Of a DNA stretch of 64,000 bases, positions 51,519 to 64,000 are shown piece by piece (within the stretch, counting starts at the first letter, position 1; each line of letters starts with the position of its first letter). The position numbers and the translations under genes were made by a program. The DNA comes from Camelus dromedarius (taxonomy: Eukaryota), in assembly GCF_036321535.1 (NCBI RefSeq), contig NC_087437.1:43526001-43590000 (forward strand), read 5' to 3'. The notes under the pieces are model-generated. The model searched no databases. It worked only from the letters and a program-made list of their open reading frames with translations, and was not told the origin of the DNA.

Positions 51519-52618
51519 CTTTTAAAATGAATAGACTTTGTTTTTTCAGAACAGTTTTACGTTCACAACAAAATTAAACAGAAAGTACAGAGAGTTCCCA
51601 TTAACTCCTGTTACCACACATGTACAACCTCCCCCACTATGGGCATCCTGTACCAGAGCGGTACATTTGTTACAACTGATGAACCTACATTGATGCATCA
51701 TTATCTCCCAAAGTCCATAGTTTACACTAGGGTTCGCTCTTGGTGCTGTACATTCTATGGATTTGGACAATATATGGCATGTATTCACCATTGTGGTATC
51801 ACGCAGAATAGTTTCACGGCCCCCAAGACCCTCTGTGCTCTGCCCCACTAACCCCTGCCAACCACTAACCTTTTTACTGTGTCGTAATTTTGTCTTTTTC
51901 AAACTGTCTCATAGTTAAAATCATACAGTGTATATAGTCTTTTAAAATTGACTTCTTTCACTTAGTAATATGCGTTTAAGTTTCCTCCATGTCTTTTCTT
52001 GGCTTCATAGCTCATTTATTTTTAGCACTGAAAAATATTTCATTGTCTGAATGTAATGCAGCTTGTTTATCCATTTACCTCCTAAAGGACATCTTGGTTA
52101 TCCCCAGTTTAGGCAATTAAGAATAAAGCTGCTATAAACATTAGTGTGCAGATTTTTGTGTGGACATAACTTTTAAATTTATTCTGTTAAATATCAAGAA
52201 GCACAATTACTGGATTGTATGGTAAGAGTATTTTAGTTTCATAAGAAACTTTGAAACTGTGTTCCAAAGGAGGTACCATTTTGCATGAAAAATGACTCAA
52301 AATTTCTATCGCTTTAAGTCATTACCAGCATTTGGTGGTGTTAGTGTTTTAGACTTTGGCCATTCTAATAGGTATGTAATGGTATCTCATTGTTGTTTTA
52401 ATTTGCAATTCCCTAATCTTTTTATATGCTTCCTTATCATCGATACATCTTTCTTAGTGAGGTGGCTGTTTGGAGCTCCTGCTTATTTTTTAATTGTGTT
52501 GTTTATTTTCTTATTGTAGAGTTTTAAGTGTTCTTTTTGTATTTTGGGTAACAATCTTTTATTAGCTATGTCTTTTGCAAATAATTTCTCTTAGTGGCTT
52601 GTTTTCTCCTTCTGTTGA
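51519..52618 (-). mobile_element. L1MC1-like 5'-truncated LINE with TSD
   Basis: aaagtacagagagttccca..gtacatttgttacaactgatgaacctacattga..ccaaagtccatagtttacactagggttc. TSD CCAGATACTT at 51509-51518 and 52619-52628. Confidence 0.9.
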
Positions 52619-52964
52619 CCAGATACTTTTCTTCTGTAGAAATATTAGCTATACTTTTATGGTGGTTTGTCATGTATCATTTACTTTACCCAACTTTAAA
52701 GATGTTCTGTATTTTGGACAAGCAAAAATTTTTTATAAGACTTTAAACATAGAATTGATATGCGCTTCTTTGCCAGATAAATTTATATGCTAATTTGACT
52801 ATATCTAATATACTTTCTAAGTTGATTTTAGACATGTTTATTGACTAGAGTTAGGCTTTAATAAATATTTTGTAAGATATCCATCATTTCTTTCACACAG
52901 AAGTTGGAGTCAAATAAATTAATAATTACACTTAAAGTTTCATATTTTAGATAAGCAGTAGTAC

Positions 52965-53190
52965 TGCATAGACTAGATGCTGGGGATAGTCCAAGTATTT
53001 TATTTGTATTATTTCATTCAACCTTCAAAACTCTATTAGACAGGGACTGTTATTATTATTCCCATTTAATGAATGAAAAAATGAGGCAAAGGAAAGTCAC
53101 TGTCTGAAGGGCATACAGCAGTGCCTGGCCAGCAAAAGAAGTATTCAGACTCAAGCAATATAGTCCTGAATCCTGAGGTTTAGTTATGAC
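52965..53190 (-). mobile_element. MIR SINE
   Basis: tgtattatttcattcaaccttcaaaactctat..attattcccatttaatgaatgaaaaaatgaggca. Confidence 0.7.
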
Positions 53191-54419
53191 ATTTCATTAC
53201 TATAGGTCATGCTCCTCCCCTCTGGAACATTAAAATTTGTGATTGTTCTTGACTGGTAGGATCTCCTTCAGTATTCTATCATGCAGATTATTCTTTTAAA
53301 AAAAATTAGTGATTTTTTTTTTAACAGAGATTAAATTTTAGAGAAAGAACTGAGGGAAAACATATTACTCCAATTCAGTTACTTTTCCCATGTGTTCATA
53401 AATTGTATAGCCAAAAGTTGAATGGATTTTTTATAACTCTGTGATTGGAAAAAAAATTATATTAGCTAATGACTCAATTCTTGGAATTGATGTTAGGAAT
53501 TTATTTTTAATTTCTTCATTAAAGTATTATCATTTATTATTTCAAAAAATAATTAAACAGTCAAAGAGTACAATTTGGGGAAAAGCAAAATTTTAAGATA
53601 CGTATGTTAAATGTTGTTTAATGGCTTCTTAGCTCATTTTATAATTGTTGTTACACTTCACTTAACATTTTTCTGGTCTTCCTTAAGTAATTAAGTACTT
53701 CGGGCTTTTCCGTGCCATTTAAGCAGTAGTTTCTACACTGTTTTTCATTAAGAAATTAACAAGAAAAAGACATTTCTTTAATACAAGCAAATTATTTTTC
53801 AGGCAGTTAACAGGAATAGGATTACATCCTTCAGGAAATGTGCGAGCAATTTTCCTATCCAGTGATAGAATAGATAAGAGGAGGGTTACTGAAGTGTTTC
53901 CTAATCTCTCATCTTGTCACATTAGGATTCATTAAATGCCAAAATTCAAAATGCTTCCTGTGAAGAAAATAAAATCACATGTGTCAATGGTTAGCTATTC
54001 AAGGAAGAGCAATGGGTGCAGTAACAGGAAACTCAGTTTGATGAGAAAATGCTGTGACTCACTGAAGATATAAATAAATCCAACTAAAATCTAAGGCCCC
54101 TAAGGGAACGATACATAGATGCCTAAAAACATCTCCTTCACAATACTCTCCTCTGTAGTTAATATACCTGTAATACATACCTCCGGGTGATTCCTTAAAT
54201 CAACAGATAAGTATACTTAGTGCCTACTAAGTGCAAGGTACTCTCTTATTGTGAGCACTGAACCAGAGAGCCCAGGTACTGGTTTTAAGAATCCTGCAAT
54301 CTGTTGGGCAAAGAGAGAGACAAACACTAAACAGAGCAGCAATAAATGAACATGGTGATTTCAGTTAGTGATCAGTATGAGAAAATGAAACAGGATAAAC
54401 GCAGAGGGACTGATGGCCA

Positions 54420-55030
54420 ATTATTTTAATTTTAAAACATTAAACACATAAAAATGTTATTACTTATAGTATTTGTTTCATGTGTTTGCCACATAACTAA
54501 AACTAAAAGGCACAAATTCTTAAAATCTAGCATAAGAAATAGAACATTTGAAGCCTCTGTGTACCCTGCTGATCTCAACTCCCTTACCACCACCTCCAGA
54601 ATTTGCCACCATTTGTAATTTTGTGTTCATCATTTGCTTAGTTTTCCTGATGCTTTTACCACACACATATATACCTGAAAATATATTGTCTAGTTTTGCA
54701 GGCTTAAAATATTACAAAACTGAAATCATAGATTTTCTGTTTGTTTGTTACTAGCTTTTTTAGGCCTACATTTTGTTTCTGATATTCATCCATGTTGATG
54801 CATCTTCATTCATTTTCAATGCCTTGTATTCTGTTCCAGTGTGTAAATTCATCACAATGTATTTATCCATTCTGCTCTCTGTTGACATTTGGATTGTTTT
54901 CAAGTTGTTTGCTTATTGTTTGCTATTACAGCTAGCTTGGCTCAGGCATTTTTTAAATCATACTTTTAATCTGATTCATATGTGTTTCTCTATGGGCAAG
55001 TGCCTAGATGTGGAATTTCTGAATCATGGG
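54420..55030 (-). mobile_element. L1ME-type 3' fragment inserted in an L2 remnant (~54195-54400 and ~55100-55290)
   Basis: ctgatattcatccatgttgatgc..cacaatgtatttatccattct..tgacatttggattgttttcaag..cctagatgtggaatt. Confidence 0.75.
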
Positions 55031-55319
55031 GTATTTTCTAGACACAGTTTCTGTTCTTTTCCAGCCGTAGTACCTTTGCACACTAGAAATGTGATGATTA
55101 AGACACAGAATGTTCTTCACAAAGAGAATACAAGCAAAGGCCATAAGGTGAGATGAGCCTGGTTGTTCTAAGAGAAAGAAGCTGAAAAGCTAAAACACAG
55201 CAAGAGGTCTGAAAGTTGGGAAAGGGTTAGGTCAGATAGAGAGCCTTTAGGTCACTTGAAACAGTGATCAGAATGGGAAGCACATGATTGCATGGACAAC
55301 ACCAAATTGGCAGTAACCT

Positions 55320-55495
55320 TCAAATATATATGCATTCATTTGTATCAATAATATATGTTGATTATAAATGTTAGTGCGTTAAATATATAGTTGTATATTA
55401 TATAATGTACAATACATGTCATTATATAGTATATAGATCTAAAATAATTTATACTTTATAAAAGCACGGAATTACATATAGATATAATTTATAGA
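55320..55495. repeat. TA-rich low-complexity tract
   Basis: Dense tata/atat runs. Confidence 0.6.
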
Positions 55496-55916
55496 CTGCT
55501 ACAGACACAGAGCAAGGAGCCACCTGAAGCCACAGTTAGACCCTGGCACATTTGTGTTTTATGAAAACTCCAAGTTTTGAAACCAAAGTGAAGAGAACCA
55601 CAGGAAGCAAATGTGCTACAACTGATGTTTGGGCCTAACTTCGCAATTATTATACTTGCAACATAAGGTGCAATTTCTCCCTCCCAAGATGTCACCTCTA
55701 GTAATCTCTCTGCTCCAGACGCCCTCGGTGGTTGGACAGCCTGGCTAAGAAGCAGCCTGCAGAGATTTGTATTAGATTAAAACTTAGCTTTCTCCCTTCA
55801 GGGTTGACTTTGTGAGGTGCTGATGGAGATGACTGGGCTCTAAAGCCTCTCCCCACAGCACACCCCATGGCACAACCACAGAGAAACAGTTTAAGTATGA
55901 ATTTATGGTCACTTAT

Positions 55917-56289
55917 TGTTGGTTCCCAAATTGGCCCCCTTATAGGGAGGGTAGGGAGAAACTGAAGAAAAACGCAGACCACTCCAGATTGGTAGGTGGC
56001 AGATTTAATAGGCAAGCGAACTTACTTATAAGGCTTGTCTTGGGTGGCCACAGGAGGAGGAGATTTCTGCACCGTCCAGTATTTTAAAAGTGTATATAGA
56101 GGCCATAACTGGATCCAGTCACGTATACCATCTCTCCAGGCTGCGTCCTTGAAAAAGGCTCCCCCTGTGGGAACACAGGGCAAAACGTATATTCCAAGGG
56201 CAGGGAGCAGGAAGGGAGCCTCCGATTAATTGCTCAGGTCCAGTTCTCAGAACAAGGCTGTTACGTCCTCTCAATTACCTCCTCCAATA
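55917..56289. mobile_element. Solo LTR (5-bp TSD, ERVL-type)
   Basis: TGTTGG...CCAATA near-inverted termini. Flanks CTTAT/GTTAT (one mismatch). GC-richer than its surroundings. Confidence 0.7.
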
Positions 56290-57109
56290 GTTATATAAAG
56301 CTCCAGTGTGTTTATTTTTTCTCTATCAGCCTTGAGTTTAGGGTTTGTTAACAAACTCTTAGCCACAGAAATTAATTACTGATTAAACAACATCTACAGA
56401 GCTGAATAAAGCAATGTTGCTTGATTAATTAATGTGTCTACCTTATATTCATAGAAGAACTAAAGCATCCAAGATAAAAATAGTTAAACAAAAAGGCATT
56501 GAAGAAACATATTGCACTTTTAAAAAAATGAGTTATCAGTCTTAAATCTCTGACGTTGCTACTTGCATTCTGCAGCACATTGATTCTGGTCTAATAACAT
56601 TCTCTGTTGTAAAAGACTAGAAAATGCCCTGAAATCTAAGATACTACCATTATTCTTAGTTTGTAAAGTTATAATACATTTTAGTAATTTTTTGCACTCT
56701 AATGTTAAAGGACTATAATGTATTTTAAGAGATACTTAAACCCAAACTCCATATCTGCCTAAAATAGTAATACAATTTTAATAAATATATGAGCTGTAAT
56801 AGGTGGAGACATTATGCTGTAGTCCAGTGACTTCAAACATTTTGATCAAATTTCATAGTAAGAAAAATATTTTACATCACTCTTAGCATGTATGCACACA
56901 CATGCACACTCCTGTCCACACACACACACACAAACCTTATAGCTGCATCAAAAATATGAGAATCAAAAGTTATGACTTGCATATGCAGACGGCAAAATAT
57001 ATCCTATTCTATTAATTTGTTCTACACTATTCCACTCTTATTCTCTTTTCTTCCTTCCTCCCCCTCCCTCCCTTACTTCTTTTATTCTTTCTAGTCTTTC
57101 TTTCACACC

Positions 57110-57330
57110 GTTAGTGGTTAAGAACATGACCCTGAACTCAAACAAAAGTGGCCTCAAGACTTGATTTCACTACTTTGAGACCCTAGAGAAGTTATTTAAT
57201 CTGTAGCTGTAAAATTGGGATAGCTACAGTATATACTTCATACGGATTTTGTGAGATTAAATGAAATAATACATATAGGTAATCAGCACTATTTTATAAC
57301 CAATAGTAACTACTCAATAAATGTTAGATA
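57110..57330 (+). mobile_element. MIR SINE
   Basis: tagtggttaagaacatgac..ctgtaaaattgggata..tacttcatacggattttgtgagattaaatgaaataatacat..tactcaataaatgttag. Confidence 0.8.
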
Positions 57331-57904
57331 TGAGTAAAAGTGTTAATAGTTTTCATTTTAAATCAAACCAAATACTTTTAAATGTTTAAATATGATTCAA
57401 ATAAAATTGTTATACAATAGCTGACATGAATCTGAATTACGAAAAGTGGACCTTTAAAAAAGTAACTTGTAATGTACAGTATATGCTTTACAGAAGACAG
57501 GTTTATGAGAGAAAGAAAATTTAGTTCGAGGAAACTGTGCTTTAACAAGGGTAAAAACACCTTTTTAAGTACAATGAAAACTTATTTCTTCAAGATGTTT
57601 TATGGATATAGATACCCAGCCAGCCCTCCTGATCGACCTCACCACTCATCCTTGTTACAGAAATAGCATTACAGGTGTAGCCAGTATTTTTGATTCACAC
57701 CAAACTACAGTTAAAGCCACAGACTATCAAGTTGAACTGGGCTGTGTGTAAGGATGTTGTGAGTAGCGTCTGTGAGTGTTCCCAGCATCTGGAGATCTAG
57801 GGAAGCCAAGTCAAGCGTGGCGGGGTTTCCATGGAATCAGAACACAAGGGTGTCTCCTGCAGGTCTCCCGAGCTACAGCAAACTGTTGCCATGCAGAAGT
57901 GTAG

Positions 57905-58060
57905 GCTCTGTTGCCAGCCCTTCTGATTTTTTTTTTACAAAAGGGACTGCAAATCTAGTTTTTTGTGTAATGACTTGCTATTTCTAAATTCTGAAATAAT
58001 CTTTAAAAAAATTAAACGCTATGTGGCAAAATAAAACATATTGCTAGCTGGATCTGTGAT
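57905..58060. mobile_element. MER102-like hAT-Charlie remnant
   Basis: gttgccagcccttctgattttt..aaatctagttttttgtgtaa..aaacgctatgtggcaaaataaaacata..ctggatctg. Confidence 0.5.
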
Positions 58061-60620
58061 ATAATTCAGCCTGAAGATTTACACTTGCTGAATCCAGAGG
58101 AAGGTAGGGTGTGGGAATTAATTAGATTATTGTGAATAAGAGTTTCTTAATATATTTGGAAAAACCTCCACTTCAAACACTGCATATGAATAATACATGA
58201 TAATGACATGAATATTATTGTACTTTAAACATAAATGTAGCACCACATTAAAATAGCTTCTAAATCCTCCTCTTGTTCTTAGTTGCAGAACAAATTTGCA
58301 TGCCCCAATTACCAACATTCTGGTGTGCATTTAGCAGAAGAACACTTCTACAAAAGAATGTGTGTCATTCAGTGAAGAACGTGACATAACAGGGTTTCAA
58401 GCTACTAAACTGAACAATGAATTTTTAATTTCGTCAGTGACAAACATCAGCTAGTCTCCAGTTTGATTAAAGAGAATGGGTGTTTTCCCACTTCTAGATG
58501 TTGCACTCATTTTCTAACTAAAAAAAAAGCCTTAGAAAAATGTGTCAGTTATGAATGTACTGTTTTTCTATTCAGTTTCACCAGTTTAGGTTACATTCAA
58601 AAGTGACGTAATATGTCCTAGATAATACAATCTTATATCACCTTGAGAAGTGGTAGGGTAAAAGTAATTATTCTGAAATGGTAGATACTTCCCCATGTTT
58701 CCAGCTGCATAAATAAATAAATACACAACTTTGTCCCGTAGCTAATTTGGAAGTAAATGACAAATTGCCATGATCCAATGGCTATACTTACATTCGTCTT
58801 TCTTTTCCACTCTCTTGCCTATATTCCTTTAAATCCACTTTCAGTAACATAGTATTAATACTCAGCAACATAACCAAATTTACTGCCACTTAGTTGTGTC
58901 TGCCTACTTAAGTATATAGATCTGTTTGATACAGACACCATCTGTACTTATGCATGTAATCTAAGAGGTTTTACATGTAATAAATTCAAGTAGAATTATG
59001 AAATAAGAATCAAAGATATGAAGCTATTAAGAATTTAATTAAAGACTCTATAAAAACAGTTGTATTTGTGTGGTTTAATCCCTTAATATAATCATCAAAT
59101 ATTTACTTAGTACTTACTATGTGCCTGACGCAAGTATAAGAGTGAACAATACTACAGTAAAGCTTTTATTACTGATGTTACACATTTCCAAAAGTATATT
59201 ATTCTGCTATTAAACATCTTCTATATATCTACCCAAGGAAGCACAAGTTGCCACATTGTAGTATTCAAAACCTGTTGCAGTAGTACATAATCTCTTTCTG
59301 ACATTATTCATGGCTTTTCTTCCCTGGGTACTGATGCCCCAGTCACATCTGATCATATCACCAAACAAAACATTTGTATTTGCAAGGACCTGGTGAATAA
59401 GGAAGTTCTTAAGATAGAACTTCTTCCAGCAGTCATGCCCTCATCTAGCTCTCATACTTTCATGTTGAATAAAGAGGAAAAACTTTCAGAGTAACATTAA
59501 ACCCACCCTTGATTTCCACCAGGGTTTCATTGGCCAGAATTGGATCACAGTCATACCCTAGCCAGAACAATCACCAACAGCGTCTGCTGCAAACACTTAC
59601 TGTAACCCAGATTTAACATCCTCTCTTAAATGTTCATCTTCCCTCATACTGTTCCTCTGAAGTATCTTCTTCCTCTGACATCTCCACCTGTTAAAAACCT
59701 ACATTTTAGTAGCTAACTGAAACTTAACCTGAAGCCTTCATACTCCTCTCCTTCCCAAAGAAGAGAACTTTTGTATTTTAAACATTTAGTCTGTCCCTAT
59801 CTTCTCTGGTTTTTCTGCTTTAATAGTTATTAGTAAGCTTCTCTTCATTTGCATATCAAATTATAAACATCCTTAAACGTAAGGACAGTTAGGTTTTTAT
59901 TTTTTATAGCCTTCAAACCTTCCGTCACTTTCCTAAAATGATATAAACTCTGAACAAATATTTGATAAACTAAATAAAATTTTAAAAATTTAACCCAAAT
60001 AATTCTAAAAATATTTGAAGTGATTTGGAAGTCAAAGCCAGAATGACATATGATAGGTAATAAGAAGACAGAATAGAGACTAAAGAAAACAAAATTGAGT
60101 ACTACAGGAAACCAGGATAAGCAGATCACTGAGGTTGCCTATTAAATTTGTTTGAGCATCTTTGAATAGCTAAGCAGAAAAGGAAACCATATTGAATTAC
60201 ACAGATGTTGCATTCTGTCAGATGTGACCTATAAACTCATGTTTTCCAGTAAATAAACTCGAGACATGGCTTTTCAATACATGAATAACTTCCAACCATT
60301 TTTGATGGGTAATCTCTACTAGTTTTCTCTTTTGTCCAGGAAAACTTAAAAGCCTTGTTTTTCCCTATCTTCTTGTACTCTACAATCTAGCAAAATAGTC
60401 ACAAGAAGGAAGAACACAGCTAGTCACTTGGACCACATGTAGACTGGAAAATCCATCCAACAGAAACTTTCTTATTCCTCTAAAATATTAGAAATCAGAC
60501 CATACAGTGGACATTGTAAATATCTTAAGTGAAAAAACACCTGCAAAAATTCTGCCCATCTCTCTTCTTTTTATAGAGAGTCATGTGTTTCAGTTGATTG
60601 CAAAACAAATACTTCTAGAG

Positions 60621-60789
60621 CAGGGTTTCTCCTCAATCTCAGCACTGTTGACATCTTGTGGCAAAGTAATTATTCATTATGGGGTCTGTCTTGTGCATTG
60701 CAGGATGTTTAGCAGCATTCCTGACTGTACCCTTTCAGTTTTGATAACCAAAAACGTCTCTAGACATTGCTCCTGATTAAAAACCACTG
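60621..60789. mobile_element. MER20 hAT-Charlie element with 8-bp TSD
   Basis: cagggtttct..cagcactgttgacat..tgtgcattgcaggatgtttagcagcattcctg..accaaaaacgtctctagacattg..aaccactg. TSD TTCTAGAG/TTCTATAG. Confidence 0.9.
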
Positions 60790-62849
60790 TTCTATAGCCA
60801 ATCCTGTGTTCCCAGGATAATATTTGGAGCAGGGACTGCTGGTGAGCTAGAATTAGGAAAGTCACACTGCGTAACACAGTATGACACTATACGAATACTG
60901 AAGTCTCTTATATAATTGCTACTGAAGCTGGTTAAAGGGCGTGGCCAGGATTTAGCAGAGATTCAGGAGGTGTACATTAAGAAGAGATGGTAAATCACTA
61001 GTTTTGTTTGATGTGGAACGTATAGGGACAGAAAGAGTAGAATGTTCCAATATCGGAGAATACGATGGCATGAGGAAAGATTAGTCAAAGGTTACATTCT
61101 TGATAATAAAAATTCTGAAACAAAAACTAATTCTGTAGCCTGCTGGCCATTGAATTGTACTAGTTATGCCACCTAACTTAGTTCTCTCAAACTAGCAGGA
61201 CTTAACTAGCAGGTCATTTCTCTTTAACAGCATTTTCCACATTGCAGGTACACTCCTCTCCCTCTGAATTCCCTGGGCCATAGACATGTTTTCCCCAAGT
61301 CTGGAAACATCTCTACTGAGCGCAAAATTCCCCCTTTCTTTTCTATCTACGTGTGTATGTCTAACAGAGCAGAGCTACAGTATCGTATATTGACAAGTAG
61401 TGGCCTTTACACATAAAAAAACAGCAAAAACAATCTTCACGTTGAAACACTGAGTTACAGAAAAGAAACTAATTCTTCACTGTCACTAAAAAAAGCTTAG
61501 AAAAAGCTATATTTGTATTATAACTTAGAAGAAAGATGTTTATTAACAGAAAGGTTGCTCTCTATCTATTGATTGATCAATCAGTCTATAGTTGTTAATA
61601 TTTAGAAATTTTGCTTTCTTCCTTCATTACCTCCTGATAACCTCTGCAGGCATTTGAAATAGTTGCTGTCACATTGAACATGCTGATCATGTGCACAATT
61701 TTTCAAACATTCTTCTGACATCTTGACCACGGTTTCTGTGTGTTTGCATTTCTCTGAAATGTTGAATTGTCCTCAGGCTTCTCAGTTAGAATATATTTCT
61801 GTTCCCAAATAAATTTCTCATAAGAACTTATCACAGACAGATTAAGTTCCCATGATTCTCTAGAATATTTGTTCTTTGCAGACCTTTACATAGCCTTCAG
61901 AAAATAAGTGCAGCTTGGTACAGATTTCTTCAGATCATTGTGTTATGTTGATGGATTCCTGTGTGAAATCTGGCTCTAAAAAAGATTTTTGCACCAAGCA
62001 CTGAGTGACTGATTTAGATGAAATATGCCACCTGAACCATTTGTGTACTAAGTGAGATCTAGATATTTCTAAAGTCTTTGAACAATCAGAGACTTTAGAA
62101 ATAACTCTTCTGTTTTTTAACTACAAATGGACAAAAGATTTATTTCAAAAACCCATTTCCCAGTTAAAAGTTAGCTGAGACAAAAATTATCACATGAACA
62201 TTTATTAACATTTTGGGGCCTTATAATGGGAAAAGAAAAAAAATGGCTATGAAGGAAAGAACACAGGTTAAAAAAAAACAAAACACCTCTGTATATCAGT
62301 TCTCGTATCAGAACTTTGAGAAAAGGCTTCAATCACAAATCACATGCAAAAGCAGCCAACCAAAATAGGTCTGATTTTTGTGTTCTTCGAAATTGCAAAA
62401 TACAGTGGTGGGAAATAAAAATTATTAACTAAAACTCAAAAATATTTAAAGAAAAGTAGAACTAAACTCTTCATCTGGGCCTGTCCCAAAGTTACCATAT
62501 ACAATTCACATAGCAAAATTTACTTATAATATCTCTCTACCTACCCAGCTACCTACCTGTCTGTCTATATACACAAATATGTCATCTAAACTATATTTAA
62601 CATACTTAGGATTCTTCACCAGGAGGAAAAGATGTTCTCAATTTCAATGAAACAATAATTTAAAGGTGAATAGTACTTAGCTTATCAAATGTATTCGTTT
62701 TAAAGGACGTATCATTTAGGGCTGCAGATAGTATTCATTGAGGATCCAGAGAGCTCTATAATATTATGGGATCACTTTTTAAAATTTCACTCTCAACTAA
62801 GAAATCCAGCTAATTAATATAACAATGATCCTAAACCATCTACTGTGTA

Positions 62850-63225
62850 CCACCTGCTACCACTGCTGTTATCCATGCATCTGCCAGTATGGTCATTTTT
62901 AAATGTTTATCACATCATTTCACTCATCTGGCTATAGGTCTACAATAACTTTTCATGCATTTAGAATAAAATGCAAATTCCTTGCCAGTCTATATGAGGC
63001 CTTGCCTACCTTTCCAGCTTTACTTCATTCCCCGCATCTCCAGGCAGCCTTAAAACTCCAGCTCACGTCTTCTACATGGGCACCTAGGTTCTTCTGCTGG
63101 TGACTACTCTATCTTCAAGTCTTAGTTTAAATGGCCCTTCCTGGAAGAGGTTTACCTATAATATGTCACTCTCTTATGTCTTTCGTAGCACTGTATAGAA
63201 CTTATCACAATTTATAATTTTGACG
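62850..63225 (+). mobile_element. L2 remnant
   Basis: ttagaataaaatgcaaattccttgcc..tatgaggcctt..atcttcaagtcttagtttaaatggcccttcctggaagagg..cttatcacaatttataatt. Confidence 0.75.
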
Positions 63226-64000
63226 AATTATGACAGTTGCATTTTCTGGGACAATGGTCAGTGAAATGAGCCTACTTAATGTAAGCAAGGTAATATTTCA
63301 AGGACAATTTTAAGCTCAATTTTCCTCTGGTTTGAAAAAAAATGTGTAGGTATGCATGGTGGTATTCACTTTCCCATACATATTTAAAATACCCATAAGT
63401 GTGGTTATATGCAGCATTTTGCTTACAGAGTAGATTATACAGAAAATAGCATACAGTCTGGCCAGAGGTCTTACCTTTTTTCTTTATTTTTAATGTCAAC
63501 TCTACTACTTAATAATTACATTCATATTTATACTTAATTTTCATAATCTTAAAATAGCAAACATCTATAAAATAGTTATGATTCTATTAGATTTAAATTG
63601 AGTTAAATCTGGCATAGCATCACAGAATAAAATTGCAATATGTTGTAGTATATTTTTTAGTCACCTGCAATTTGAACCCTGATTTAAAAATTTTAGTTGA
63701 ATGCTATTTATATTTTTAGTTTATATATTTTTAATTGAGTAACTTTTAAGTTACCAAATTTCAATTACCAAATCATTATTTTTAGGTTTTTTTTTCTTAA
63801 ACAGTACTAGATTATAATAGCTTACAATATTTAGATACAATCAAATTATCAATATAATTTAGATAAGAAATTATGGATAAATATGAATTTAATCACTTCT
63901 GTTATAAATGCAGATAATGTGAATGAATTCATCAGAATTTTTTTCCCCTTAAAGTATCACTATTTTTCCAAACACTTGCCAATTCAAAAATGGCTATCCA

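Noticed and set aside
204..63499. The many 60-135 aa ORFs in the six-frame track as genes
   Set aside because: No recognisable domains. Lengths are as expected by chance, many use non-ATG starts, and many lie within LTR, L1, L2 or MIR remnants.
63480..63900. Very AT-rich tract as a special structural element
   Set aside because: No periodicity or terminal repeats seen; ordinary low-complexity DNA

Overview
AT-rich, CpG-depleted placental-mammal genomic DNA, intergenic or intronic. The short L1 3' end at ~51 kb resembles cetartiodactyl L1. I recognised no Alu, B1/B2, Bov-tA/BovB, PRE1, CHR-2, Can-SINE or ERE element, so a camelid is my best guess (inference). No complete protein-coding gene, RNA gene or CRISPR array is visible. 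Nearly all ORFs in the track are chance ORFs or lie in repeats; the only recognisable protein homology is a degraded L1 ORF2 fragment (9.3-10.0 kb). The window opens with a plausible + strand terminal exon (strong acceptor at 154-155, LELEQNVMKL*, AATAAA at 481). The rest is a mosaic of old MIR, L2, L1M and hAT elements plus several solo LTRs with readable target-site duplications (TSDs), interspersed with repeat-free, enhancer-like blocks. Two structures stand out. One is a composite ERV1-type LTR at 46160-46949 with ~180-bp inverted ends inside one 4-bp TSD, nested in another LTR. The other is a ~130-bp, ~93% identical inverted duplication of partly unique sequence at 26325-26453 / 29255-29385. 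I found no evidence for a new multi-gene system. Repeat family names come from recalled consensus motifs, identities are hand counts, and the boundaries of old repeats are approximate.
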